IMG/VR virus record: IMGVR_UViG_3300041809_003506
Coordinates: 1-58,592 of that record
Direction: 5' to 3' (one strand)
DNA length: 58,592 bases
Source of the DNA: a virus
Lineage: Duplodnaviria > Caudoviricetes
Part shown: in pieces, positions 47,565-56,299 of the stretch
How the letters are laid out: every line of letters begins with the position of its first letter
How positions within the stretch are numbered: position 1 is the stretch's first letter
Notes under the pieces: generated by a model
What the model saw: only the letters and a program-made list of their open reading frames with translations
Told to the model about the DNA's origin: nothing
Database searches by the model: none
Made by a program: the position numbers and the translations under genes

Positions 47565-48931
47565 TCGGCGGCCTCTTTGAGCTCAGCAATCGTAACCGCA
47601 GGGATCATGTCGCCGTGCCCATCCCATTTCTCGCCGCGATCGACGGTCTCGAACAGCGTGGCATAACGCGGCGCCGCGACCAGGCGTTCGAAGTCATCGA
47701 AGAACTTCTTCGGCTTGAGCGAATGACGCTTCTTATCGATCGCGCCATGAAAGAACGTGGTGATGTTGTCGACCTGGATGACCGGCTTGCCGCGCGTGGC
47801 GATGATGCAATGCTCGGTCTGGCCGCGCAGCACCTGGCCGCGTCCCATACGGTCTTTGACCCAGGTCTTTATGGTGACGGGATCGAAGCCCCAAGCTTTG
47901 AATATCTCGACGTGATCGCCGCGCGCCAGGTGATAGTTGGTGATCCAAAGCCCGAGCACGCAATCATCGTGCGCGATCGAAGCGACTGGAACCGCGGCGA
48001 TCTGCGCCGGCGTCATCGTCGGATAGGGATAGTAGCCACGTTCCAGGCGCGCCGGATCCTCATCATCCGGCTCGGCCGCCCATGGCGGATCGACGACGAT
48101 GCCGCGATAGGGACCGTTGCCCGGCAAGGGCGGCGGCTCCTTGCGGATCTGCTCGGCCGCCTGCATGGTCTGCAGCCGTTTGAACGGGCCGTCGACGCGG
48201 CCCGATTTGTCCATGTCAGATTTGAGCTTGCCGAACCGGCTGGGGTTTTTCTCCGCCGCATCGACGATCGCTTCCGCCTTCTCAATGGTGCGCCGCGACT
48301 TGCCGGTAAACGACGCCGCGCGCTCGCCGGCGTTGATCTTGTCGTCAGTCGCTGCAGGGCCGCCCTTGCGTCCAGGCGCCGTCTTGCCGTGCGCCTGGCG
48401 CGCCTTGCCGAGCGGCTTCAGCCGGGCCTCGATCTCGCGCTTAATGGCAACGGCTTCCGATGGCCGGAAGTCCATGCGCAGCGCCGGATCGTTCTCCGCC
48501 CATTCGCCGGCGACGATGTCCTCGAGCGGCACGACGCGGACTGGGATCGGCTGATCGCGGAAGATCGAGAGCTGCCAGGCTTTCAACCGGCGCTCGCCGG
48601 CAATCAAGATATTGTCGCGGCTAACGACGATCGCGTGCAGCAATCCGTGTTCGTTGATGTCGCGGGCGAGCGCGGCAATATTGCCCATCTCCTTTCGATG
48701 GCGCTTGCCGATCTTGATCTTCTTCCAGGGAACGCAAATCTGCATGCGCTCGTCGAGCGTTAGTGCGCCTTTTTTCCAGCCGGCGGCGCGAACATCTTCT
48801 GCAGCCGCACGCTTATCAGCGGCCGCCATCTCCGCGAGCACAGGATCCGAGCGTTTGCGCGGCCGTGCGGCCTTGTGCTTCTTCGCCGGCGCCGGCTTGC
48901 GGGCGCGTTTTTTGGTGTGGCGCTTTTTCAT
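47561..48931 (-). CDS. ParB-N domain fused to MT-A70 family adenine methyltransferase
   Basis: GLLHAIVV...LIAGERRLKA...EN; VDPPW, YPTM, WVK, RGQTEH, HSLKP. Confidence 0.88.
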
Positions 48932-49797
48932 GCGCGCTTCCTCGCCTTAAACTGTTTCTCGAGTGCATCGACTAGGCGCGACTCGAACTGATTGAGCGTT
49001 GAAGTGCCTTTCATCCTGGCCGCCGCCGACGCGCCCTCGACGTACAGCACGCCGAGATCGATCTGGTCGAAGGCCGCCGCTAACAGTTTTTGATTGCTGC
49101 GCCATTCCGGATGATCGGCGAGCACCTCGCAGGCGCCATAGATAATCGTCTGCGTGAGGAGCCCGGCGTTGTCCTCGCAAGCCCGTATTGCCTTCAATGT
49201 CGGAATGATGCTGTCGCCGAATTTCGCCACAGCGCGGCCAAGGGCGCGAACCGAAACCGTTTCGCCTGGCTTCATGTCGACCGTCTTTTTCGGGTAACGA
49301 CAGACCGTTATCCCGACATGGGCGCAGACTTCGGCGATGCGCACAGCTTCCGGCTCTCCCGCCATGACCGCGGCGTGATAAACCTGGATGGAATGCAGTC
49401 GCGTCGTGTTGTTGTTGATCGCCTTGAAGGCTGCGGCTTGCTCGCTGCGGCTGCATTCGATGATCGCGCAGGGCACACGATCGAGACCGCACAAGGCGGC
49501 GGCCGTCACGCGATGCTGACCATCGACAATCGCAAATCTGCCCCCCCCCGCGGCAGCGACGGCAACGGGTGTAAACATCGACCAGTTGAATTCCGATGCG
49601 ATGCGGCGGATATTTTGGCGGCCATTATAGCCAACGTCGCGTTGATAGTCGGGATCGACTACCAGATCGCGGATGGCCAACCATTCAAGACGCGGCGGCT
49701 TGCCGAAGGTCGAAGGCGGCCTGATTTTATTCGCGTGCGAAAGCTTCGGGCTCAGAAAGCTCTCGATTTCGATGGCACGGAAAGCCGGCGCGCTCAT
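48928..49797 (-). CDS. ParB/Srx-like nuclease-domain protein
   Basis: LVVDPDYQR...IVDGQHR...F..IN. Confidence 0.8.
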   Translation of the reverse strand: MSAPAFRAIEIESFLSPKLSHANKIRPPSTFGKPPRLEWLAIRDLVVDPDYQRDVGYNGRQNIRRIASEFNWSMFTPVAVAAAGGGRFAIVDGQHRVTAAALCGLDRVPCAIIECSRSEQAAAFKAINNNTTRLHSIQVYHAAVMAGEPEAVRIAEVCAHVGITVCRYPKKTVDMKPGETVSVRALGRAVAKFGDSIIPTLKAIRACEDNAGLLTQTIIYGACEVLADHPEWRSNQKLLAAAFDQIDLGVLYVEGASAAARMKGTSTLNQFESRLVDALEKQFKARKRA

Positions 49798-50147
49798 CGT
49801 GTTGGCCTTTCCGGAGTGTCGTGCATCGAGGCGAGAGCAGCGCCGGCATCGGCGCGTGCGATCGGCATCAGATGGCCAATGACGCCGTCCCAATCCTTGG
49901 CGCCGATTTCGTTGAAGAGATGCCGGCAATAGAGCGAGCGATCGACGGCATGCAGGAGTGCCGGCGCTGCATTATCGAGGAAGCGCGCACCCGTGCCACT
50001 GGCGGCGATCGCCGCCTCCAGCGTGCCCTCGAGCGCCTCGCAGCGCAGCCGCCGCGGATCCAGGTCGCCGGTCGGCGGCCGGCAGAGGATCTCCTGCGCG
50101 AAGCCGACGATCTCGATGAGCAGCCCGGAGGCTTCGTAGGGGGTCAT
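49794..50147 (-). CDS. Hypothetical protein
   Basis: Coupled on both sides. Confidence 0.55.
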   Translation of the reverse strand: MTPYEASGLLIEIVGFAQEILCRPPTGDLDPRRLRCEALEGTLEAAIAASGTGARFLDNAAPALLHAVDRSLYCRHLFNEIGAKDWDGVIGHLMPIARADAGAALASMHDTPERPTR

Positions 50148-50458
50148 GGCTTAGCCGCCTCATAGAATTCCGTCGGCTGGCGGCCTGATCTAAGCCATCG
50201 CTCTTCGACCGGAATGCTTTCCTGAATTTGATCGGATCGCTCTTGCGCGCATTTTCGATGTGCCATGACCCTGCAACGCACGCGACCTGGCGCGCCGAAC
50301 TTGCTGCCGATGCGGAAGCGCACTGCGGACTTCGGATGCCCGGCTTCGCCGCCTTGATAATCGAGAATGGCATCCTCGCCGCAGATGTGGCATTTGCCGT
50401 TCTGCTTGTTGAACAGATAGGCGAGCTGCTCGCGGCGATCGGTCCTGGTCTCGGTCAT
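50144..50458 (-). CDS. Degenerate HNH-like zinc protein
   Basis: QNGKCHICG...AHRKC. Confidence 0.55.
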   Translation of the reverse strand: MTETRTDRREQLAYLFNKQNGKCHICGEDAILDYQGGEAGHPKSAVRFRIGSKFGAPGRVRCRVMAHRKCAQERSDQIQESIPVEERWLRSGRQPTEFYEAAKP

Positions 50459-50585
50459 CGCGGCGCTCCCCCAATCCAGGCGAGGCCATAGACGACAACG
50501 CCAAGCAGCGGCCCGATGATCAAACACACGGCGCGGATGTAGAGATCGGCGGCGCCGGAGGCGAGATGATCGAGGAGCTGCGCGG

Positions 50586-51158
50586 TCATGCGGCCGGCTT
50601 TCTCGGCTCGAGCGCCTCCGACATGGCCTCCCATTGAGATCGCTTATGCGCCGGCCGTGTCTTGAGCCGATCGAACCGTTCACCCTCGGCCAAGATCAAA
50701 GCGCCGGCGCGGACAAGATCACGGCGGAAGTTCTGCGGCTTCCACCACGATCGATCCCATGGCCAGGTCGAGGGCATCGGCACATCTTCGCCGGCATAGA
50801 AGGCATAATGCGAAGCGGCCTTCGCTAACTCGCCTCGCTCATGAAAGTCGTCGTGCTCGTGCGACCAGCCTTCGGATTCGATCTGTCGATAGCGCTCCGA
50901 AATCACGGCCTGCATGAAGGGCGACAGTGCTCGACGGATATGCAGCGCCTCGAAGATGCGCCGCATGCCGTACTGCCGCGCGATCGAGATGACCGTCATG
51001 ATCAGCGCGAAGATGAAATTCTGCCGTAAGCTGATCTCAAGGCCGAGCAGCGGGAGAAACGTCGCCTGCGCCGCCATCGAAATGCCGAAGCCGACCAGGA
51101 TGCTGACGAACGCCTCGATCAGCGACATGATTTTGGACTGCTTCAACGAATCCCCCAT
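50586..51158 (-). CDS. Two-TM domain fused to a conserved phage domain
   Basis: QSKIMSLIEA...SIARQY; ERYRQI..EGW..EHDD...RRDLVRAGALILAE. Confidence 0.7.
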   Translation of the reverse strand: MGDSLKQSKIMSLIEAFVSILVGFGISMAAQATFLPLLGLEISLRQNFIFALIMTVISIARQYGMRRIFEALHIRRALSPFMQAVISERYRQIESEGWSHEHDDFHERGELAKAASHYAFYAGEDVPMPSTWPWDRSWWKPQNFRRDLVRAGALILAEGERFDRLKTRPAHKRSQWEAMSEALEPRKPAA

Positions 51159-51226
51159 TGCTCGCGTTCAATCGAAACGCGGGAACGCAAAGCAACAACA
51201 CTGACTTACGCGGGAAAGAACAGACG

Positions 51227-52234
51227 CTAGGAACGACCCTCGGCCCCTTGTTGTTCGGATAAGCCGAGGCTACGGATCAGATTGGCACTATCGGCGAAAC
51301 GCGCATGGCCGAGCCATGCGGCAAGGAAGCTATCGAGACGTTTATGATCGCCGGCGGCGCGATAGGCGGCGATCTTGCGTCGTGCACGGATGACGCTGTC
51401 GCGCCGCAATAGCTTGTGCGTCGACCAGATGAGGTAGCCGAGAAAATTGATGCCGCGGCTTGCCGGCGCGATCTGCCATTTCGAGAAGCGCAAGCCCAGC
51501 TCAGCGCGCGAGAACGCCTCGATGCTCTCCTTGACGGCGCGCAGATGACGGGAGCTCTCGCCGAGCACAACGAGATCGTCCATGTAGCGAAACCAGTAAT
51601 CCTCGCCCAGCGTCTGCTGCAGATGCCGATCGAGCGTAGCGCCGGTGTAAAGATTGGCGAAGACTTGCGAGGTGAGGCTGCCGATCGGCAGGCCGATGCC
51701 GCGCCGCGGCACCATCGCTTCGATCAACCGCAACGTGGCTTGGCAGCTGATCTTCGCTTCGATCAGGCGCCAGAGCGCGCCATGCTCGATCGAGGCAAAG
51801 TATCGAGAGAAATCCGTCTTCAGGAAATAGACCTGGCCCCGGCGCGAGAGATGCCGGAGATCGCGCTGCAGGGCGATCGCGCCGGCGTGCGTGCCCTTGC
51901 CGGGGCGGCAGGCGAAGCTACGCGGCAGCAACGCGCGATCGAAGATCGGCGCGATGATCAGGCACAACGCCTGCTGCGCGACCCGGTCGCGGAACGGCAA
52001 CGCCGAGATCAATCGTCGCTTCGGATCGAGGATGAAAAACTCGTTCGGAGCGCCAGGCGAATAATGACCGGCCGCCATGTCCTGGGCGAGATCGGCGAGA
52101 TTGAGCGCGTCATATTCCTTGAAATCGAGATAGCCAGCGGTCAGACGCTTGCCGCGCGCCGTCAACCGATAGGCTGTCTGCATCGTTTCGAACGATGTGA
52201 TCTGGCCGATGAGGTTGCGGTAACGCTGTGACAT
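51227..52234 (-). CDS. brt: DGR reverse transcriptase
   Basis: PFRDRVAQ, GKGTH, LKTDFSRYF, GLPIGSLTSQ, RYMDD, FLGY; no maturase or endonuclease domain; the ORF stays open upstream to 52552. Confidence 0.95.
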   Translation of the reverse strand: MSQRYRNLIGQITSFETMQTAYRLTARGKRLTAGYLDFKEYDALNLADLAQDMAAGHYSPGAPNEFFILDPKRRLISALPFRDRVAQQALCLIIAPIFDRALLPRSFACRPGKGTHAGAIALQRDLRHLSRRGQVYFLKTDFSRYFASIEHGALWRLIEAKISCQATLRLIEAMVPRRGIGLPIGSLTSQVFANLYTGATLDRHLQQTLGEDYWFRYMDDLVVLGESSRHLRAVKESIEAFSRAELGLRFSKWQIAPASRGINFLGYLIWSTHKLLRRDSVIRARRKIAAYRAAGDHKRLDSFLAAWLGHARFADSANLIRSLGLSEQQGAEGRS

Positions 52235-52417
52235 TCCTGGTTCGCACGCTGAGATGAAGATGCCGGCCGCGGGTCTCGACGGGCTTTGCCCGCTACGCCC
52301 CGCTCTGCCGGACCTTGAAGTGTGTTCGCCGAAGCAGGACAGACGGGCTGACCACCGACCTTGATCTTGTGTGGCCGGCCGGCGTGACCTTAGTCGTCGC
52401 CGAGCCGTGATCCGGTC
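52235..52417 (-). ncRNA. DGR spacer RNA segment (IMH* and priming region) between TR and RT
   Basis: Position matches the BPP-1 spacer; GC-rich hairpins such as CGGGC-AAA-GCCCG. Confidence 0.5.
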
Positions 52418-52544
52418 GTCACAGCGGCCGCGAGCGCCCAAGTTATCGTTCGAGTTGTCCGGCCAGTTGTAGGCGACGTTCGCGTAGCGCGAGCCCGCGT
52501 TGTCGACGTTGAGCCAGGAACCGCCGAAGAAGGAAGCGCGCGGC
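52418..52544 (-). repeat. DGR template repeat (TR)
   Basis: 127 bp, 118/127 identical to 52982-53108; 20 adenines and 7 AAC codons. Confidence 0.97.
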
Positions 52545-52548
52545 AGCA

Positions 52549-52935
52549 TCATATCCCCGTCCGCCCTCCGAGCTTCTTTTGCCACGCGCCCAGCATCCGC
52601 CCCGGCTCCGACAAGAGCGCTAGAGCAGTCTTGTGTTGATGCGGGGTGATGATCCGGATGCTGTCGCGGGCTAAGAAGCGCAGGTATGACCGCAAGGTCG
52701 CGAACTGAGCATCGACGGCGTGCAGCCGGGATATCTGTCTCGACTTTGCGGAGTGATAGAGGCCGCCGATCGGCTCGAACAACGCGGTTAACACGGTGTC
52801 GCGAAGAACGCCATGTTGACGCGGGCTGCGCTGCAGGATCGGGTAGAGATAGCTCACGAAGGCCTCGTATTTTTCGACGATCGCCAAAGCGTCAGTGCTG
52901 GTATTTTCGTCTCTGATGATCGTCGTTTCGTTCAT
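52549..52935 (-). CDS. avd: DGR accessory variability determinant (four-helix bundle)
   Basis: 128 aa between VR and TR; YLYP...P+..G.LR...LRSYLRF...EPGRMLGAW. Confidence 0.9.
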   Translation of the reverse strand: MNETTIIRDENTSTDALAIVEKYEAFVSYLYPILQRSPRQHGVLRDTVLTALFEPIGGLYHSAKSRQISRLHAVDAQFATLRSYLRFLARDSIRIITPHQHKTALALLSEPGRMLGAWQKKLGGRTGI

Positions 52936-52944
52936 TTCTCAAGC

Positions 52945-52964
52945 GCCGTCGCTGTCGCGCCGGC
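52945..52964 (-). promoter_or_regulatory. DGR target-recognition hairpin downstream of VR
   Basis: GCCGGCGC-GACA-GCGACGGC: 8-bp stem with one mismatch and a GRNA loop, at the target stop codon. Confidence 0.7.
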
Positions 52965-53878
52965 TAAGCAAGCTGCAGGTGGTCACAGCGGCCGCGAGCG
53001 CCCAAGTTATCGTCCGAGCTGTCCGGCCAGACGCAGGCGACGTCCGCGTAGCGCGAGCCCGCGTAGACGACGTAGAGCCAGGAACCGCCGAAGAAGGAAG
53101 CGCGCGGCTCGTCCGGATCGCCATCGTGGCCCCAAACCCACATATTGCCGGTCGCCTGCATCAAGCCGAATTTGCTGGTGCGAGGCGCATCAAGCGCGGT
53201 GACGCGAGGGTTGCTGGAATGCGCGGTCTTTTCCGTCACGCCGAGGGCGGCGGCAAAGAACTCCTCAACGCTGAGCAATCCCTTGCCGTGATGCTTCATG
53301 ACGGCAACGGCCGTGTCATAGTCGAGCTTGGAGAAATGCTTGCCGTTCGGCTTTGCCGGCGGATCGTCGCCGTCCGCGATCGTCGCACCCAACTTGCTGG
53401 TGCCGTCGGCGACGTGGCTGACGCCGAGTAAATAGATATCGCACCAAAATTTGCCGGTCGGCGCATCGACCAGCACCATGCCGCGCGGATCGGGGCATAC
53501 CGGACGAAAACTCAGATCCCATAGTGAGTAGGGATTAATCGCCGGGATCTCATCGCCGCCTTTACGCGCTGCCGCGCTGCCGCCTGGCGCGAAGTGGAAA
53601 CCGCCGAGGATATCGTCTCCGACGATCGGCGAGGTTAGATGAGCGTAGCCGACTGCCCCGTCCTTGATCACAACGACGTAGTCGCAGCCAGGCTCCAAGG
53701 GAATGTCGAAAACGACGGGCGTATCCTTATCAAAGGTCACGCCGGCGTAGATCGTGCCGGCCTTGATTGCAATTGAATCTCGTCCGGTCACCAGCAGCGC
53801 CGGCGAGTTCGGATCCTTTTTGACCATCGTCGCCGTCGCGGCGGCGAGCCCGGTCTTCAATGCAGCATGCGAGTTCAT
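52964..53878 (-). CDS. mtd: DGR target: Mtd-like C-type-lectin-fold protein lacking the N-terminal beta-prism
   Basis: IKAGTI, GGFHFAPG, YSLWD..FRP..DPRGM, FWCDIYLLG, GTSK, TSKFG..QATG, FGGSW...GSR...GARGRCDHL. Confidence 0.9.
   Translation of the reverse strand: MNSHAALKTGLAAATATMVKKDPNSPALLVTGRDSIAIKAGTIYAGVTFDKDTPVVFDIPLEPGCDYVVVIKDGAVGYAHLTSPIVGDDILGGFHFAPGGSAAARKGGDEIPAINPYSLWDLSFRPVCPDPRGMVLVDAPTGKFWCDIYLLGVSHVADGTSKLGATIADGDDPPAKPNGKHFSKLDYDTAVAVMKHHGKGLLSVEEFFAAALGVTEKTAHSSNPRVTALDAPRTSKFGLMQATGNMWVWGHDGDPDEPRASFFGGSWLYVVYAGSRYADVACVWPDSSDDNLGARGRCDHLQLA
52982..53108 (-). repeat. DGR variable repeat (VR)
   Basis: Nine substitutions relative to TR, all at TR adenines (5 A>G, 4 A>T). 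Confidence 0.97.
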
Positions 53879-54166
53879 GTGTCAGGACTCCAGGTAATGC
53901 CGGCACCCCGCCGGCGGGGTGCAAGAGGATCGGGCGACGGCGGGGCACATAGCGCGATCACGCGCCTTCCCGACGGAGGCGGCCGCAAAGCAGGCCCCCG
54001 CATATTTGACCCGGGCTCATGGATGCCAAGGCCGCCGCCCGAACTGAATATCCCCATCAGAAGCGTCAGAACTCCGGCGGGCGTCGCTTGCCAATGGCGA
54101 CGGTGGTCCCTTTTGGCAGGCTGCCGGCATTTCGTATGACCTACGCTGACGCTCCTGGTGGGGATT

Positions 54167-54400
54167 TCAATCGACGAATTCTTTGTTGACGACGACGATG
54201 CCGCGCGCCGGCACTTTGCGCTCGCCGTTGATGATGCGATTGGCGTGGCGCTCGCTGCACCGGATGCGCTGCGCGAGCCATTGTGCCGGCTTGATGCCGC
54301 CGGCGAGCGCGACGATGCATTTGCCGAAGGAACTCTTAGGGACCAATTGGTCCCTAATTGGTTTTGACCGGCGCCGCTTCCTTGTGAACGATTCGCGCAT
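54167..54400 (-). CDS. CII-like HTH regulator
   Basis: LAQRIRCSERHANRIINGER; downstream of cro; GGAG SD. Confidence 0.55.
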   Translation of the reverse strand: MRESFTRKRRRSKPIRDQLVPKSSFGKCIVALAGGIKPAQWLAQRIRCSERHANRIINGERKVPARGIVVVNKEFVD

Positions 54401-54636
54401 GACAACACTCCAACGCAGACACAACACAACTTCGCCGCGGCGAGACGCGGGCCGACCGGATTGGAGGGCAAGTCCAGCGTACCGATCGGCCCGCACGCAC
54501 CGCGCGAAAAACTCTCGATCGTCCCCGCAAACGAGGGGCTGTGCACAATGGTGCATAAGTTCACCCTTGCGTTGCGTCCGCTTGCGTACATCGCAAGATT
54601 GTCTTGCGTGGAGCATACAAGCGGGGAGCTTGGGCA

Positions 54637-54894
54637 ATGAGTGGGAATGGAAATGGAGAATTGTTGGAGCTGACAAGCATCGCGGATGTATTTGCAGACG
54701 ACATCCATCACGTCGAGGTTATCGGCGACAACTGCCGGATGGTCTTCTTTCGCTGGCGAATGATCGAAGGAACCTGGCGCCGCGTCGCCGTCGAATGGGC
54801 AATGGTGCGCCCGATCAAATCGTTGCATCTGCCACTGCCGGCCTGGGGATCCCTGGTGACCCCGCAGCGGGAGAGCGTCGTGCTGCACAGTTAA
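54637..54894 (+). CDS. Small hypothetical protein, antisense to the early operon
   Basis: GGGGAG SD; DVFADDIHHVEVIGDNCRMVFF looks like a natural beta domain. Confidence 0.55.
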   Translation: MSGNGNGELLELTSIADVFADDIHHVEVIGDNCRMVFFRWRMIEGTWRRVAVEWAMVRPIKSLHLPLPAWGSLVTPQRESVVLHS

Positions 54895-54899
54895 GCCGC

Positions 54900-55109
54900 T
54901 CATTCGGCAGCCTCGAGAAAATCGTTGGCTGTCACAGCACCGCGCGTCTCGCGGCGGATGGCTTCCATCTTGTCTTTTCCCGGCCATATCCGGCCCTCAG
55001 CGTATTCGGTCACCATCGTCGGCGTGACGCCGATCGCCTGCGCGAATTTGTATCTGCGCTTGCGGGAACCGTCGGCGTTGGGGATGCGTAACCAGTCGGC
55101 CAGCTTCAT
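54900..55109 (-). CDS. cro: Cro-like repressor
   Basis: MKLADWL...FAQAIGVTPTMV..Y..G...P...TRGAVTANDF; divergent from cI. Confidence 0.88.
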   Translation of the reverse strand: MKLADWLRIPNADGSRKRRYKFAQAIGVTPTMVTEYAEGRIWPGKDKMEAIRRETRGAVTANDFLEAAE

Positions 55110-55142
55110 GTGCGAATCTCTGCGTGCGAATCTCTACCATGA

Positions 55143-55215
55143 ATGAAATTCTAGCTCAACAAGATTTATGGCCACACTCGATGGCACCCGCTACAGGTAT
55201 GGCTAAAATTCTAGT
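55143..55215. promoter_or_regulatory. Candidate rightward operators (two imperfect CTAAAATTCTAG-type palindromes)
   Basis: ATGAAATTCTAGC (55143) and GCTAAAATTCTAGT (55202); similar sites at 55876-55906. Confidence 0.5.
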
Positions 55216-55216
55216 T

Positions 55217-55585
55217 ATGCCGAAGAAAGGCCCATATCTGCGCCGGCAGGAGCATCGCCTTCGGCTGCGCGAAAAGACGAACTTCGTGCGCGAGTGGCGC
55301 GAGACGAAGGGCTGGACGCAAGAAGAGCTGGCCGCTGAGTCGGGACTATCGGTCTCCAGCATTTCGGCCTACGAGCGGCTCACGATCGACGGCAACGATC
55401 CGAGCGTCGAGGCGCTGCGCAAGCTCGGCAAGGCCCTCGGCGTGCCCGGCGGCATGATCCTCGATATTGACCCGACTCAGGATCCGACGCTCTGGTCGGC
55501 GTTTCAGCGCGCCACGCCGGATCAACGGCGCGATATGGGAAGGGCCTTCGATGCAATGGTCGGACCGCAGAAGCGGAAGAAATAG
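55217..55585 (+). CDS. cI: CI-like XRE repressor (no S24 peptidase domain)
   Basis: VREWRETKGWTQEELAAESGLSVSSISAYER...PSVEALRKLGKALGV; start uncertain. Confidence 0.85.
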   Translation: MPKKGPYLRRQEHRLRLREKTNFVREWRETKGWTQEELAAESGLSVSSISAYERLTIDGNDPSVEALRKLGKALGVPGGMILDIDPTQDPTLWSAFQRATPDQRRDMGRAFDAMVGPQKRKK

Positions 55586-55868
55586 CTTCGTCGCCGCGAT
55601 CGTTGCCGCGGCGCTGCTCGCCGGCTGCGCCACGCAGTCAGCCGTGCCGCAGATCGACCCGCATCGCTACACGGAGCTGACGCCGGGCACCTCGACGAAG
55701 GATGAGGCGATCGCGAGGCTCGGTACGCCACAGAGCATTTCGGCGATGCCGGCCGGGGCCAGCCTGTTGCAGTGGATCGACAATTACTCCGCGGCGCCGA
55801 TCCACGTTGCCATCATGTTCGGCGCCGATGGCCGCATGATCCGCGTCGAGCACGTTTTCAGCCAGTGA
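55551..55868 (+). CDS. Lipoprotein, SmpA/BamE-like fold
   Basis: Lipobox LLAGC; L.PG.STK.E....LG.P; F..DG. Confidence 0.75.
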   Translation: MQWSDRRSGRNSFVAAIVAAALLAGCATQSAVPQIDPHRYTELTPGTSTKDEAIARLGTPQSISAMPAGASLLQWIDNYSAAPIHVAIMFGADGRMIRVEHVFSQ

Positions 55869-55875
55869 TTGCCTT

Positions 55876-55906
55876 ACTAAAAATCTAGTTGTGCCGTAGT
55901 TCTAGC
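55876..55906. promoter_or_regulatory. Candidate operators and promoter of the int-proximal early operon
   Basis: ACTAAAAATCTAGT and CCGTAGTTCTAGC, followed by TATAAG. Confidence 0.5.
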
Positions 55907-55943
55907 TGAGCTATAAGTCCCTCGTCTTTTCGACGGGGCACTC

Positions 55944-56180
55944 ATGGCACTCATTCTCCCACTGCACGCGTTCTGCCCGAAGTGCCGGAAGCCAATCCGG
56001 CTGGCGCTGATCGAGCCGCATCCGACGCGGGATGACGTCGCGCATCACATCTTCGACTGCGCCAAGTGCGGGCCGGTTCTTACCATCGTCGAAAATCTGA
56101 TCGAGGAAACGGCCGAGGTCGTCGAGATCGATTACCTGCGCACGATGGCGCGGATTTCGCGCGTCATGGCGGCGGGGTGA
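55944..56180 (+). CDS. Zinc-ribbon protein
   Basis: CPKC...CAKCG. Confidence 0.65.
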   Translation: MALILPLHAFCPKCRKPIRLALIEPHPTRDDVAHHIFDCAKCGPVLTIVENLIEETAEVVEIDYLRTMARISRVMAAG

Positions 56181-56185
56181 ACGCC

Positions 56186-56299
56186 ATGCCCTCCGATCGC
56201 CCGCGCCGAAATCAAACTTCATTGTTCACGGCCATCAGCGTGTTCGCCACCGTGGGCTCGATCATTTTCATTCTGTCGATCGCGGCGGGGATGCATTGA
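56186..56299 (+). CDS. Small single-TM protein
   Basis: GGGGTG SD; hydrophobic C-terminal half. Confidence 0.45.
   Translation: MPSDRPRRNQTSLFTAISVFATVGSIIFILSIAAGMH

Larger units (their letters stand above)
51227..53878 (-). mobile_element. Diversity-generating retroelement (target-VR, avd, TR, RT)
   Basis: BPP-1-like gene order with adenine-specific TR/VR mismatches. Confidence 0.97.

Noticed and set aside
49541-49549. C9 homopolymer as a phase-variation switch in the ParB-like gene
   Set aside because: The frame is intact and it encodes a Gly run; there is no evidence of variation without reads.
51227-52585. RT as a group II intron, retron or Abi RT
   Set aside because: No maturase or endonuclease domain; avd and an adenine-specific TR/VR pair identify a DGR.
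53875-54987. 370-aa minus-strand ORF ending on the target start codon
   Set aside because: Low-complexity, overlaps better-supported genes and has no motif; probably chance.
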